A stretch of 64,000 bases of DNA from Clostridia bacterium (GTDB taxonomy: Bacteria > Bacillota > Clostridia > RGIG6154), in contig JAZNWH010000131.1 of NCBI GenBank assembly GCA_045593265.1, forward strand, positions 9,422 to 73,421, read 5' to 3'. Of the stretch, positions 29,246-38,435 are shown in pieces (the stretch's first letter is position 1; each line of letters opens with the position of its first letter). Both the position numbers and the translations under genes were made by a program. Below the pieces are notes generated by a model, which worked only from the letters and a program-made list of their open reading frames with translations, was not told the DNA's origin and did not search any database.

Positions 29246-30967
29246 ATGGAAAATATTAATTTAAAACTGATTCCTCAACCTAAAGAAGTTAAATTAACAG
29301 ATTCAATTTTAAATGATTCTGGTATAAGAATATTAACTGAAATATGTGATGAGCGAATTAATACGATGCTTAGGAAACTGCCTTTGTCAGATGATGGTGT
29401 AGGTTTGAAAATCAAAATTAAAGATACAAATTCTGAAAGCTACACTCTTAAAATAACAAAGGATGAAATTTTGATTGACGCTGACGGAATTAAAGGTGCA
29501 TTTTATGCAGTACAGACACTTCGACAAGTTTATAACAACGGAATAGTTCCATGTTGTGAGATATACGATAAACCTGATTTTGAGTACAGAGGTGCTTACC
29601 TTGATATAACAAGAGGTAAAGTTCCTACACTCGAAACAATAAAAAAGTTTATCGATAAAATAGCTTATTACAAAATGAATTCTTTGCAGCTTTATGTAGA
29701 ACATACATATGAATTTAAGGAATATGCAGATAATTTAGAAAGAACAGGATATATAACATCCGAAGAATTAAAAGAAATTGATGCATACTGCAAAGAAAAC
29801 TTTATTGAATTTATACCCTCCCTTTCAACATTCGGACATTTGTATGAGCTTCTGCAGAAGGACAGGTATAAGCATTTACGTATGCTTGACGATTACAAGC
29901 CTGAGCATCATATGTGGCTTGAAAGGCAGAGTCATCACACAATTGACCCACGTAATCCGGAAAGCTTTGAATTAATAAAGAGCTTAATAGACCAGTACAG
30001 CCCCAATTTTACTTCACAATGGTTTAACATATGCTGTGATGAAACCTTTGATTTAACGAGAAATCCACAGCTCGAGAATGAAGATACAGGTGCACAGTAT
30101 GTTGCTTTCATTTCAAAGCTTGTTGACTATTTGAGTAAAAAGGGCAAGAGATGTATGATGTGGGGGGATGTTTTGTTAAATCATCCCGATAAAATCGATG
30201 AAGTCCCCAAAGATGTGGTATTTCTTAATTGGTTTTACAGAGAAAATCCCAAAACGGAGCAGGTTGAAAAATTCTACACTGCAGGAAGAAATCAAATTTT
30301 ATGTGTGGGAACCTCGAATTGGGCAAGGTATTGCGAAAATATTGATATTGCCTTGCTTAATATAGAAAATATGACACGTCTTGGTTATCGATTCGGTGCA
30401 AAGGGGACACTTACTTCACTGTGGGGTGATTACGGAAATACTGCAAGTATTGCTCTTTCTGAATGTTCCTTTGCGTATGGTGCGGACAGAGTATGGAATA
30501 TAGATGTACAAAAGGAAGATATCTTCAGTAAAGTTGATAGGCTTGTTTATAAAGCGGAAGGCTTATCTAATTATGCTAAAGAACTTTCAAAATTCCAGAC
30601 CGAATTACCATGGATAGGTATAATACTTCTTTATGAAGACAGATGTATGGGAATTAAACATGATTTCCCTTATTATGCTGAGCATATAATGTTACCATTC
30701 ATAGCGAAATGCAAGGATTACATAGCAAGGCTTGAAAAAGAGCCTTATGACAATGAGCATAAAAAAGAAATGCTTGTTGTTGCAGAAGGGTTTATAGTTA
30801 TGGCTGAAATAGCTACCATTCAGAACGGAACTAAGCTTAAAAGAAGCACTGACACATCTCTGTGGATGAAAAAGTACAGAGATTTGTGGTTGTCAAATAA
30901 CAAAGAAAGCGAGCTTAAAGAGATTGAAAATATCTTCAATTCATTGGAGATAAAGGGAGAAGCATAA
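29246..30967 (+). CDS. GH20-family beta-N-acetylhexosaminidase-like protein
   Basis: LIPQPK, ESYTL, GAFYAVQTLRQ, DKPDFEYRG..LDITR, STFGH, catalytic CDET; no signal peptide. Confidence 0.85.
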   Translation: MENINLKLIPQPKEVKLTDSILNDSGIRILTEICDERINTMLRKLPLSDDGVGLKIKIKDTNSESYTLKITKDEILIDADGIKGAFYAVQTLRQVYNNGIVPCCEIYDKPDFEYRGAYLDITRGKVPTLETIKKFIDKIAYYKMNSLQLYVEHTYEFKEYADNLERTGYITSEELKEIDAYCKENFIEFIPSLSTFGHLYELLQKDRYKHLRMLDDYKPEHHMWLERQSHHTIDPRNPESFELIKSLIDQYSPNFTSQWFNICCDETFDLTRNPQLENEDTGAQYVAFISKLVDYLSKKGKRCMMWGDVLLNHPDKIDEVPKDVVFLNWFYRENPKTEQVEKFYTAGRNQILCVGTSNWARYCENIDIALLNIENMTRLGYRFGAKGTLTSLWGDYGNTASIALSECSFAYGADRVWNIDVQKEDIFSKVDRLVYKAEGLSNYAKELSKFQTELPWIGIILLYEDRCMGIKHDFPYYAEHIMLPFIAKCKDYIARLEKEPYDNEHKKEMLVVAEGFIVMAEIATIQNGTKLKRSTDTSLWMKKYRDLWLSNNKESELKEIENIFNSLEIKGEA

Positions 30968-31869
30968 TGAGAGAGTATATAATCAGCTTTTTTGATGAAT
31001 TTGATTTTCCAACCGAGGCAAGGGAAGATTTGCTTGCAAATTACGATATTATCTGGGAAAATGATAATGTCCGCAAGGTGTTTGAAGCTTATATAAAGGA
31101 ATATGAGGCGGAGAATAAGCTTGACTGGAACAAATCGACAGATGATGTTGTAGAAGCGGCAGGATCGCTTGGAGTTCACGAATACAGCGCACATCTTATA
31201 TTTTTAATATGTCTTACAAAGCACGCAAAGCAGTTATATGAAGAAAAGGGATATTCTTATGAGATGTATAAGAATACCTTTAATGATATAAGATGCAAGC
31301 TTTTTGAATGTCATAATGTACATTCTGTATGGGGTAATGAGCTTCTTCGTATATGGTACGGCAGATTTTTTGAACTCGATTTGTTTGGCTTGGGAAGATT
31401 TCAGTTTGAAAAACGTGAATTTTACAATCCTTCTGGTGAAGATTATAAAAAAGGCTCAAAGTGTATCAAACAGGGTGATTTAGTAATAAACATACATATT
31501 CCGTCAGACGGACGACCTGTTACAAAGGAACTTATAGATGATGCTTTAGCAAGAGGCTACGAGTTTTATAAGGATTTATTCGAAGACGGAGTAGTGCCTT
31601 TCAATTTGCGTTCATGGTTGCTGTACGAGAGACATAGAGAATTTCTTCCCGAAAAATCAAATATATTGACACTTATGGATTATTTTGATATTTATTTCAG
31701 CCATGATGATGAAAAGTTTCTTGACTGGTGGCGTATATTCGGTAAGAATTATAACAATAATATTGACGAAATGCCCACAGACACAAGCCTGCAGCGTGCA
31801 TATGTAGATTGGGTTAAAAAAGGCAATTTTCCAGGTCATGGCCATGGAATATTGCTGTATGAAAAATAA
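30967..31869 (+). CDS. Acyltransferase-domain protein (GNAT-like C-terminal, DUF5596-type)
   Basis: LGRFQFE, INIHIPS, SWLL, SNI, WRIFG, TSLQRA motifs. Confidence 0.7.
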   Translation: MREYIISFFDEFDFPTEAREDLLANYDIIWENDNVRKVFEAYIKEYEAENKLDWNKSTDDVVEAAGSLGVHEYSAHLIFLICLTKHAKQLYEEKGYSYEMYKNTFNDIRCKLFECHNVHSVWGNELLRIWYGRFFELDLFGLGRFQFEKREFYNPSGEDYKKGSKCIKQGDLVINIHIPSDGRPVTKELIDDALARGYEFYKDLFEDGVVPFNLRSWLLYERHREFLPEKSNILTLMDYFDIYFSHDDEKFLDWWRIFGKNYNNNIDEMPTDTSLQRAYVDWVKKGNFPGHGHGILLYEK

Positions 31870-31895
31870 CTGAAAATAAAAAAAGATTTATGTTG

Positions 31896-31924
31896 TTGAA
31901 AAAATCCCAAGTACGATGTATAAT
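31896..31924 (+). promoter_or_regulatory. Sigma-A promoter of the AraC gene
   Basis: TTGAAA-N17-TATAAT. Confidence 0.6.
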
Positions 31925-31956
31925 GTTATTAACCTAACGCTATGGATGGTGATAAT

Positions 31957-32844
31957 ATGGATATTCTTACAAAAGAAAATTTTTTCAGACCAAATGAAAA
32001 TATACATATACAGTTATCAAATGAATATCCCGATTATATAGGTAAATGGCATACACACAATTACATTGAAGTAGTTTATATTATTTCTGGAAGTGCAGTT
32101 CACGAAATAGACGGAAAAAGATACAATGTCAAACGCGGAGATTTGTGTATAATTAATATGCACACACCTCATGTTTTCTATATTCACGAGGATTCCAAAG
32201 AGACATTTTCCTGTTACGATCTTATGTTTACACCTGAATTTTTCGATGAATCACTGGACGGATATAAGGCGCTGGAATCTCTTAATAAATCTTATATGTT
32301 TTATTCTTTGTTCGGTGAAAGCAGAGAAATTGTTCCTTTTTACAGTGTATCGGAAAGTGATTTTACTATGTTTGGTGAATTGTTCAATAAGATTTACCAT
32401 GAACACCGAAAGCAGGAAAAAGGATATACCGAAATAATCCGTGCATATCTTTTACAATTAATTATAACAATATTTCGTATTGACAGCAGGGAAAACGAAA
32501 ATTCCAAAAAGCATAAAGTAAATCACGTTGTAAGCTATATAAACGATTATATAAATGCAAATTACAGCCAACATATATCTGTAAATAAGCTTGCAAAAGA
32601 GGTGTTTTTGCATCCCGATTATCTTGGACGTATTTTTCGCGAAGCTACCGGAATGAACATAAGTACAATGATACAAAAGGTAAGAGTTGAAAATGCCTGT
32701 CATTTTCTTTCAACAACCAACCTTAACATTTCGGATATAGCTCATAAGTGTGGCTTTGACGATACAAAATTTTTCTATACGGTTTTCAAAAAAAGAATGG
32801 GCGTTTTGCCGGGAGAGTACAGAAAAAATATACAGACTAAATAA
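31957..32844 (+). CDS. AraC-family regulator with cupin sensor
   Basis: WHTHNYIEVVY..G...H cupin motif; HTH IAHKCGFDDTKFFYTVFKKRMG. Confidence 0.92.
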   Translation: MDILTKENFFRPNENIHIQLSNEYPDYIGKWHTHNYIEVVYIISGSAVHEIDGKRYNVKRGDLCIINMHTPHVFYIHEDSKETFSCYDLMFTPEFFDESLDGYKALESLNKSYMFYSLFGESREIVPFYSVSESDFTMFGELFNKIYHEHRKQEKGYTEIIRAYLLQLIITIFRIDSRENENSKKHKVNHVVSYINDYINANYSQHISVNKLAKEVFLHPDYLGRIFREATGMNISTMIQKVRVENACHFLSTTNLNISDIAHKCGFDDTKFFYTVFKKRMGVLPGEYRKNIQTK

Positions 32845-32854
32845 TACAGATAAC

Positions 32855-32896
32855 GACTTTGTTGAAAAATTATTTTCAGCAGAGTCTTATTTTTTA
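32855..32896 (+). terminator. Intrinsic terminator
   Basis: GACTTTGTTGAAAA / TTTTCAGCAGAGTC stem followed by a T-rich tract. Confidence 0.6.
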
Positions 32897-33006
32897 TAAA
32901 AATTAAATGTCGGAATATACCATATTTAAGTAGGAATTATCTAAAGACATTTTTTTCTTGTTAAGATATACTTAAATTGTAGTAAACTATTTAGTTTAAG
33001 AGGAGA

Positions 33007-33185
33007 GTAACGTGAAAGTTCCTTTCCCGTTATTGCCTCCGGCGGATTTAAAAAGCCCGTGCGAAATTTTCCTCACACTCGTTCGGGAACGCACATGGGC
33101 AAAAAATCTCTTATCATTCCTTGCCATACGGATAAGAGAAATTTTAAAACTATTATTTATGCCGACGTATGGCGGCGGAATGGAG
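33007..33185 (+). ncRNA. SD-flanked ~179-nt structured element, copy 2
   Basis: Colinear with 6682-6855; lies between AGGAGA (33001-33006) and GGAGA-TTTAT-ATG (33192). Confidence 0.65.
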
Positions 33186-33191
33186 ATTTAT

Positions 33192-34541
33192 ATGTTTAAT
33201 TTAAAAGAATGGAATCAGCAGGCGAACATTGTTGCCGATATTTTAGCAAAGGCACCAAAGTTTGATAAGACAGTAAGAATAGGTAAGGACGAATTTCAGG
33301 CGAGAGCTAAAAGAGTGTACGAAGCTTTAAAGGCGGCAGGCTTTGATGGCGGTATTGTATATTCCGACGAGCATTATCACGGTGATGTACCTTATCTTGG
33401 CGGTAATACCAACATTTCTGTTGAACCTGTTGCAGGTATTGTAGGAAAGAACGGTTTTTCAATTCTTGCAGGACTTGAGGGCTGCTATGTTGCAGAACAG
33501 CTTTCAAAGAGAAGCGGCTGCAAGGTAGGAAGAGTTGAAATGCTTAAGCTTGCAGACGAAGAATATCCTGTTGAAGTTGACAGAATAGAAGATATTGCAG
33601 AACAGATTTGCGGAGGAAAGCCACAGAAACTTGCGCTTTTAACATCCCGTTCTGTAATGCCGGTAAGCATATATGAATTTTTTGAAGATTATGTAGGTAA
33701 AGGAAATCTCCTGGACGGTCAGGAAATATATCAGAAAATCAAATACGAAAAGTCAGATATGGAAATGGCACTTACCCGTCAGGCAGCAAAAATATCCGAC
33801 TATATGATGGAGGGTATGCTTGCTGTTATGAAGCCGGGTATGCTCGAAACTCAGGTTGCACAGTGGGGTTATACTATTGCTTATGAATTAGGTGTTGAGG
33901 AACTTGGCTTTGACGTAATGGTTACAGCAGGCGAAGCTAACCGTTCAATCGTAGGTAAAGCATTGAACAGAACAATTATGGAAGGTGATTTTGTACATCT
34001 TGGTGTAGGTCCTAAGGTTGATGGTCTTACAGCTTGCGAAAGATGCAGTGTTGTATGCACAAAGCCAGGCGGAAAGATTTCTGATGTTCAGGATTACTGG
34101 CTCAGCTTTGTTGAAGATGCATACAGAGTTGGTCTCGATGCATTTATTGATGTTGCAAAAAATAATCTTCCTGCAAAATTACAGGAACAGGCACTTGTTG
34201 ATTATTTTGAAAGCAGAAGAGCAGAAGTAAGCAAACGAATGGGAAAAGACATTGACCTTGCAATGCTTAAGCCTTACACAGGAACACACAATGCAGGTTA
34301 TACAGAATGTCAGGAATTTTATGGTGCTATTACCCTTAATTCAAATGAACCTATGGGTAACCAGATTGTAACAATGCTTGACGTTGCAGCAAGAGGCTTC
34401 GGAAGCACATGGGATGAAGTTATCATTCCTGAATTTGACTATCTTTTAGTAGAAAAAACTCTCGGTAAGTTCGGTAATAAAGTAGAAGTATTTAACGACC
34501 TTCCTGTAAGAGTTCAGCATTTAGTAGGTGCAGGATATTAA
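33192..34541 (+). CDS. M24 (pita-bread fold)/creatinase-like hydrolase with non-canonical metal ligands
   Basis: Creatinase-N-like start (EFQARAKRV..DGGIVY..DVPYL), KSDMEMALTRQA, MKPGMLETQVA, NRTIMEGDFV. Confidence 0.7.
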   Translation: MFNLKEWNQQANIVADILAKAPKFDKTVRIGKDEFQARAKRVYEALKAAGFDGGIVYSDEHYHGDVPYLGGNTNISVEPVAGIVGKNGFSILAGLEGCYVAEQLSKRSGCKVGRVEMLKLADEEYPVEVDRIEDIAEQICGGKPQKLALLTSRSVMPVSIYEFFEDYVGKGNLLDGQEIYQKIKYEKSDMEMALTRQAAKISDYMMEGMLAVMKPGMLETQVAQWGYTIAYELGVEELGFDVMVTAGEANRSIVGKALNRTIMEGDFVHLGVGPKVDGLTACERCSVVCTKPGGKISDVQDYWLSFVEDAYRVGLDAFIDVAKNNLPAKLQEQALVDYFESRRAEVSKRMGKDIDLAMLKPYTGTHNAGYTECQEFYGAITLNSNEPMGNQIVTMLDVAARGFGSTWDEVIIPEFDYLLVEKTLGKFGNKVEVFNDLPVRVQHLVGAGY

Positions 34542-34552
34542 GAGGTGAAAAA

Positions 34553-35398
34553 ATGAGCTTTAAATATTATAATGTTAACGAAAGAACGGTTTCAGATGAT
34601 ATAAATATTATTTTCCCCAATTTCGGTGAAAATGAAGTTCTTGCTGTTATGAGTCCACACGACGATGATGCAATTATCGGTGCAGGATATGCTATGCTTG
34701 CGGCTAAAAAAGCAGGAGCGGATGTATATGTTGTTATTTTCTGCAGAGGCGATGCAGGTTACAGCACAGTAGAAGAAAAAGAAACAATCGAAGAGGTAAG
34801 AAAAAAAGAAACCTTTGATTGTTATGAAAGACTTGGCATTCCTGAGGACCATATAATAAGACTTGATTTCAGGGATTTCTCTGCATTCGGAAATATCGGC
34901 TGGGAAAAAGCAGATGGAAAAGAAGGGGATATGCCGAGAATATTACGTTTTTTGCGTGATAAAAAGGTTACGAGAGTTATGGTGCCAAACCATCACCGTG
35001 AACATATCGACCATACTGCAGCACATATTATGAGTTCTTTTAATGTGCCTCAGGCAGGTGATATTTGTATAGTCGATAACGGAACTCCTCACAGTGTTAA
35101 ATCTGTGCTTGAATACTCTGTATGGGCAGATTTGGCTCCCGATGATGCTTTGGTAAACGGCAGACCTTCTAACTTACGTGCAAACCGTATACTTACAGTA
35201 AGCTCTGATGTGGAAGAAGAAATTGCGAACGCAGTTTCTGCGTATGTTTCACAGATTGAAATAATTAAAGGGCTTGTTGCCGCAAGAAAAGAAAGAAAAA
35301 CTGCTGACGGAGAATATGTTGAAGTATATTTAACTCTTGATTGCAGACCGAAGATTGATTTTTCACCTTACAAGGAATTTGTTGAAAGTGTTAAATAA
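34553..35398 (+). CDS. PIG-L/LmbE-family deacetylase
   Basis: SPHDDDA, GDAG, RKKE, EHIDH motifs. Confidence 0.85.
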   Translation: MSFKYYNVNERTVSDDINIIFPNFGENEVLAVMSPHDDDAIIGAGYAMLAAKKAGADVYVVIFCRGDAGYSTVEEKETIEEVRKKETFDCYERLGIPEDHIIRLDFRDFSAFGNIGWEKADGKEGDMPRILRFLRDKKVTRVMVPNHHREHIDHTAAHIMSSFNVPQAGDICIVDNGTPHSVKSVLEYSVWADLAPDDALVNGRPSNLRANRILTVSSDVEEEIANAVSAYVSQIEIIKGLVAARKERKTADGEYVEVYLTLDCRPKIDFSPYKEFVESVK

Positions 35399-35417
35399 AA
35401 CGGGAGGTGTATGCGTA

Positions 35418-36296
35418 ATGAATAAGCTTGGTATATTTATGAATTTCTGGGAAAATGAATGGCAGGCAGACCACATTAAGTATATCAAAAAAGCATCGGA
35501 CATAGGCTTTGATATACTTGAATTTCAGGCACAGCCACTTCTTGATATGACAGAAAAAAGAATGACTGAAATTAAAAATGCCGCAGAAGAATATGGCATT
35601 GAGCTTACATACAGCTTAGGACTTGATAAAAAATACGATATTTCCTCAAATGATGAATCGGTAAGACTTGGAGGAATTAAGTATCTTACTGAAATTATGA
35701 ACAAGGTTCATTTTATGGGCGGAAAGATAATTTCAGGTGTAAGCTATGCAGGTTGGGGAGTTCCCGACGGTGATTTTACAAGAGAGCAGCTTTTGGAAAA
35801 CAGTATTAAGTCAATGAAAGAGCTTGTTAAAATTGCAGAAGAATACGATATAACATATGCAGTAGAAGCTGTTAACCGTTTTGAAGGTGTTGTGCTTAAT
35901 ACATCAAAACAAGCTGTTGAATATGTAAAGGCTGTTGGCAGTAAGAATATGGGTGTTCTTCTTGATACATATCATATGAATATCGAAGAAAATAATATCG
36001 GCGATGCTATAAGATGTGCAGGAGAATTACTTGTTGGCTTCCATACAGGCGAAAATAACCGTACTGCACCTGGTAGAGGTCATCTTGACTGGGACGAAAT
36101 TTTCGGTGCCCTTGCTGATATTAACTATAAGGGTAGAATAGTTTCAGAACCCTTTGTTATGTCAGGCGGTCAGGTAGGAAGAGATATCTATGTGTGGAGA
36201 GATTTAATTTGCGATACATCAGAAAAATCTATCGATGAAGAAGCAAAGTATCTCTTAAACTTTGAAAAAGAAATGTTACAAAAGTATATGATTTAA
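35418..36296 (+). CDS. Ketose 3-epimerase (D-psicose/D-tagatose 3-epimerase family)
   Basis: EAVNRFE, LDTYHMNIEE, FHTGENNR..PG.G, EPFV; GGGAGG RBS before ATG 35418. Confidence 0.85.
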   Translation: MNKLGIFMNFWENEWQADHIKYIKKASDIGFDILEFQAQPLLDMTEKRMTEIKNAAEEYGIELTYSLGLDKKYDISSNDESVRLGGIKYLTEIMNKVHFMGGKIISGVSYAGWGVPDGDFTREQLLENSIKSMKELVKIAEEYDITYAVEAVNRFEGVVLNTSKQAVEYVKAVGSKNMGVLLDTYHMNIEENNIGDAIRCAGELLVGFHTGENNRTAPGRGHLDWDEIFGALADINYKGRIVSEPFVMSGGQVGRDIYVWRDLICDTSEKSIDEEAKYLLNFEKEMLQKYMI

Positions 36297-36429
36297 TCAG
36301 ACTTACAGAATAAAAAAGATAAAACGGATCAAAATATGGTATCCATTTTAAAAACATATTTTCACAAATTAAATATTTCGTATTATCGTGAAACTATAGC
36401 TGCTAATATAATACAGTAAGTATATCGTG

Positions 36430-36471
36430 AAACATCTGCGAGAATTGAAAAATATTCTCGCAGATGTTTTT
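36430..36471 (+). terminator. 16-bp perfect hairpin terminator
   Basis: AAACATCTGCGAGAAT-N8-ATTCTCGCAGATGTTT followed by TT. Confidence 0.65.
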
Positions 36472-36634
36472 GCATAACGAAACTGACAGAATTGCTAAAA
36501 ATAAAATGATGCTTTTTGATGATGTAACAGACGGAATGGTTAAGAATGTATGCAGCCAGACGCGAAATTGATACTTATTTTGGGCAATTTTAATTGACAC
36601 AGAGGACCACGAACCTTAGAATTAACAACACAAA

Positions 36635-36809
36635 AAATGGCTCAAACGCAGTGTTTGAGCCAAAATAAAGCAGGACTCCGAAGAATCGACAGATTTTTTG
36701 GGAAGAAGAACAGTGAAGCAAGTGATTGATTTTTTGTATAGAAAAACAAAGCAAACGAAACTTATTCCGACGAGGCAGGGGCAGAGCGAAAAGAGTCATA
36801 TACACAATA
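36635..36809 (+). repeat. ~175-bp dispersed direct repeat, copy 2
   Basis: Near-identical to 8724-8901, same orientation. Confidence 0.9.
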
Positions 36810-36830
36810 TGCTTTGAATGTGCATATATA

Positions 36831-37619
36831 CTATAAATTATGAATTTTCAGTTTGTATTCGGTGGGGGATGTACGCATTATTTTTTTAAACTGTTTGCTG
36901 AAATGATATTCGTCGTAAAATCCCAGGTTAAAAGCCACTTCCTTTACGGTAATTTCAGGAAAATTTTTGAAGTAGGTAATTGCTTCGGTTATTTTAAAAT
37001 CGAGCATATATTGGTGTATTGTTATGCCGAAGGCTTCTTTGAATTTTGTTTCGGCGGTTTTGACAGAAACATTACATTTTTTTGCAAGATAAGCGTTTGA
37101 GAAAAACTTTTCTGGACTGTTATGTACGATTTTTTTAATACGTAGCGGGATATTGTTTTCCGTATCTTCTACAGGTTGACACAGCTCATATAAAAGCAGA
37201 TTAAAGAAAATATCTGCTTTTTTTTGTTTGCCCTGAAGATAGCAGTTTACAATTTCTGAGAAGTATTTTTTAATATCAGAATTTGATGAAACATCGCAAA
37301 GGCTGTTTATGCATAAACCGTCTTGAGGAATGTTACTTGTAAAATCATTTTCGCCTTTTACGTGAAAATACATTGTTTTGGTGTTTGGTAGGCAAGGTGA
37401 AATTCCAAAGTGAGTATTGTTTGCGCTTAAAATTAAAATATTATCTTTTTTTGCTGTGAATTCTTCGTTATTTTGACCGAATTTCCATTCTCCCTGAAGT
37501 ATGTATATAAAGTCGTGGTCTTTCATTTTACGTTTGGGATGCACAAAGGGAGATGCGTAGAAATTTATATTCGCTTCCGTTATTGTGTGTGGAGTATTTT
37601 CCGAAAATACAGTAAACAT
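36831..37619 (-). CDS. AraC-family regulator, divergent from the GRE operon
   Basis: HPKR..HDFIYILQGEW cupin; VAFNLGFYDEYHFSKQFKK. Confidence 0.92.
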   Translation of the reverse strand: MFTVFSENTPHTITEANINFYASPFVHPKRKMKDHDFIYILQGEWKFGQNNEEFTAKKDNILILSANNTHFGISPCLPNTKTMYFHVKGENDFTSNIPQDGLCINSLCDVSSNSDIKKYFSEIVNCYLQGKQKKADIFFNLLLYELCQPVEDTENNIPLRIKKIVHNSPEKFFSNAYLAKKCNVSVKTAETKFKEAFGITIHQYMLDFKITEAITYFKNFPEITVKEVAFNLGFYDEYHFSKQFKKIMRTSPTEYKLKIHNL

Positions 37620-37723
37620 TTTAACACCTCTTTTTCGTTATTTTACATCTATATTTCCTTTTTGTCAATTCCATAATCAAAAATATATATGTATACTAAA
37701 ACTGTATAGTGAGAGGTGAATCT

Positions 37724-38425
37724 ATGAAAATTTTCCAAAAAGGCTTTAATTTTGGTCAGGATGGACCGGGAAACCGACTTGTTTATCACCTTCAGGGATG
37801 CAATATGGCATGTATATGGTGCTCAAACCCTGAAGGTATGAATATTAATGGTGGAAAAGAATATACAATTCAAGAGATTTTTGATGAGTGTAAACAAAGC
37901 AGGATGCTTTTCTTTTCAGGCGGAGGAGTAACATTTACAGGCGGAGAGGCAACACTTCAGCATAAGGAGCTTTTAGAAATTCTTAAACTGCTTAAAGAAG
38001 AGAAAATACATACCTGTATAGAAACAAACGGAACCTCTCTAAAGCTTAAGGAATTACTTCCGTTTATCGATTATCTTATAATGGATTTCAAGCACTATGA
38101 CAGCGATATACTGAAAAAATATACAGGCGTTGGTAACGAGGTAATAAAAAATAATTTTGAAGAAAACTGCAAAAATGAAAGACAGCAACATATAAGGATA
38201 CCTCTTATAAACAGAATAAATACAGATGCACCGGAAGAGTTTGCAGAATATTTTTCAAAATACGATACAAGTAATACAGTGTTTGAATTTTTGGTATATC
38301 ACGAATATGGTAAAGATAAGTGGACTTCAGAATATAAAGTTAAAGACGGTTTTGTACCCAGAGAAACCTTAAATAAATTTACAGAAGTTTTCAATGAATA
38401 TAATCTGAAATTAATAACTACATAG
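37724..38425 (+). CDS. Glycyl-radical enzyme activating enzyme (radical SAM, no ferredoxin insert)
   Basis: DGPGNR, GCNMACIWCSNPEG, GGGVTFTGGE, IHTCIETNG, MDFKH. Confidence 0.92.
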   Translation: MKIFQKGFNFGQDGPGNRLVYHLQGCNMACIWCSNPEGMNINGGKEYTIQEIFDECKQSRMLFFSGGGVTFTGGEATLQHKELLEILKLLKEEKIHTCIETNGTSLKLKELLPFIDYLIMDFKHYDSDILKKYTGVGNEVIKNNFEENCKNERQQHIRIPLINRINTDAPEEFAEYFSKYDTSNTVFEFLVYHEYGKDKWTSEYKVKDGFVPRETLNKFTEVFNEYNLKLITT

Positions 38426-38435
38426 GAGGGTTAAT

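Noticed and set aside
33012-33191. 60-aa N-terminal extension as a real protein domain
   Set aside because: It is the structured element; the other copy is frameshifted, and an SD precedes ATG 33192.
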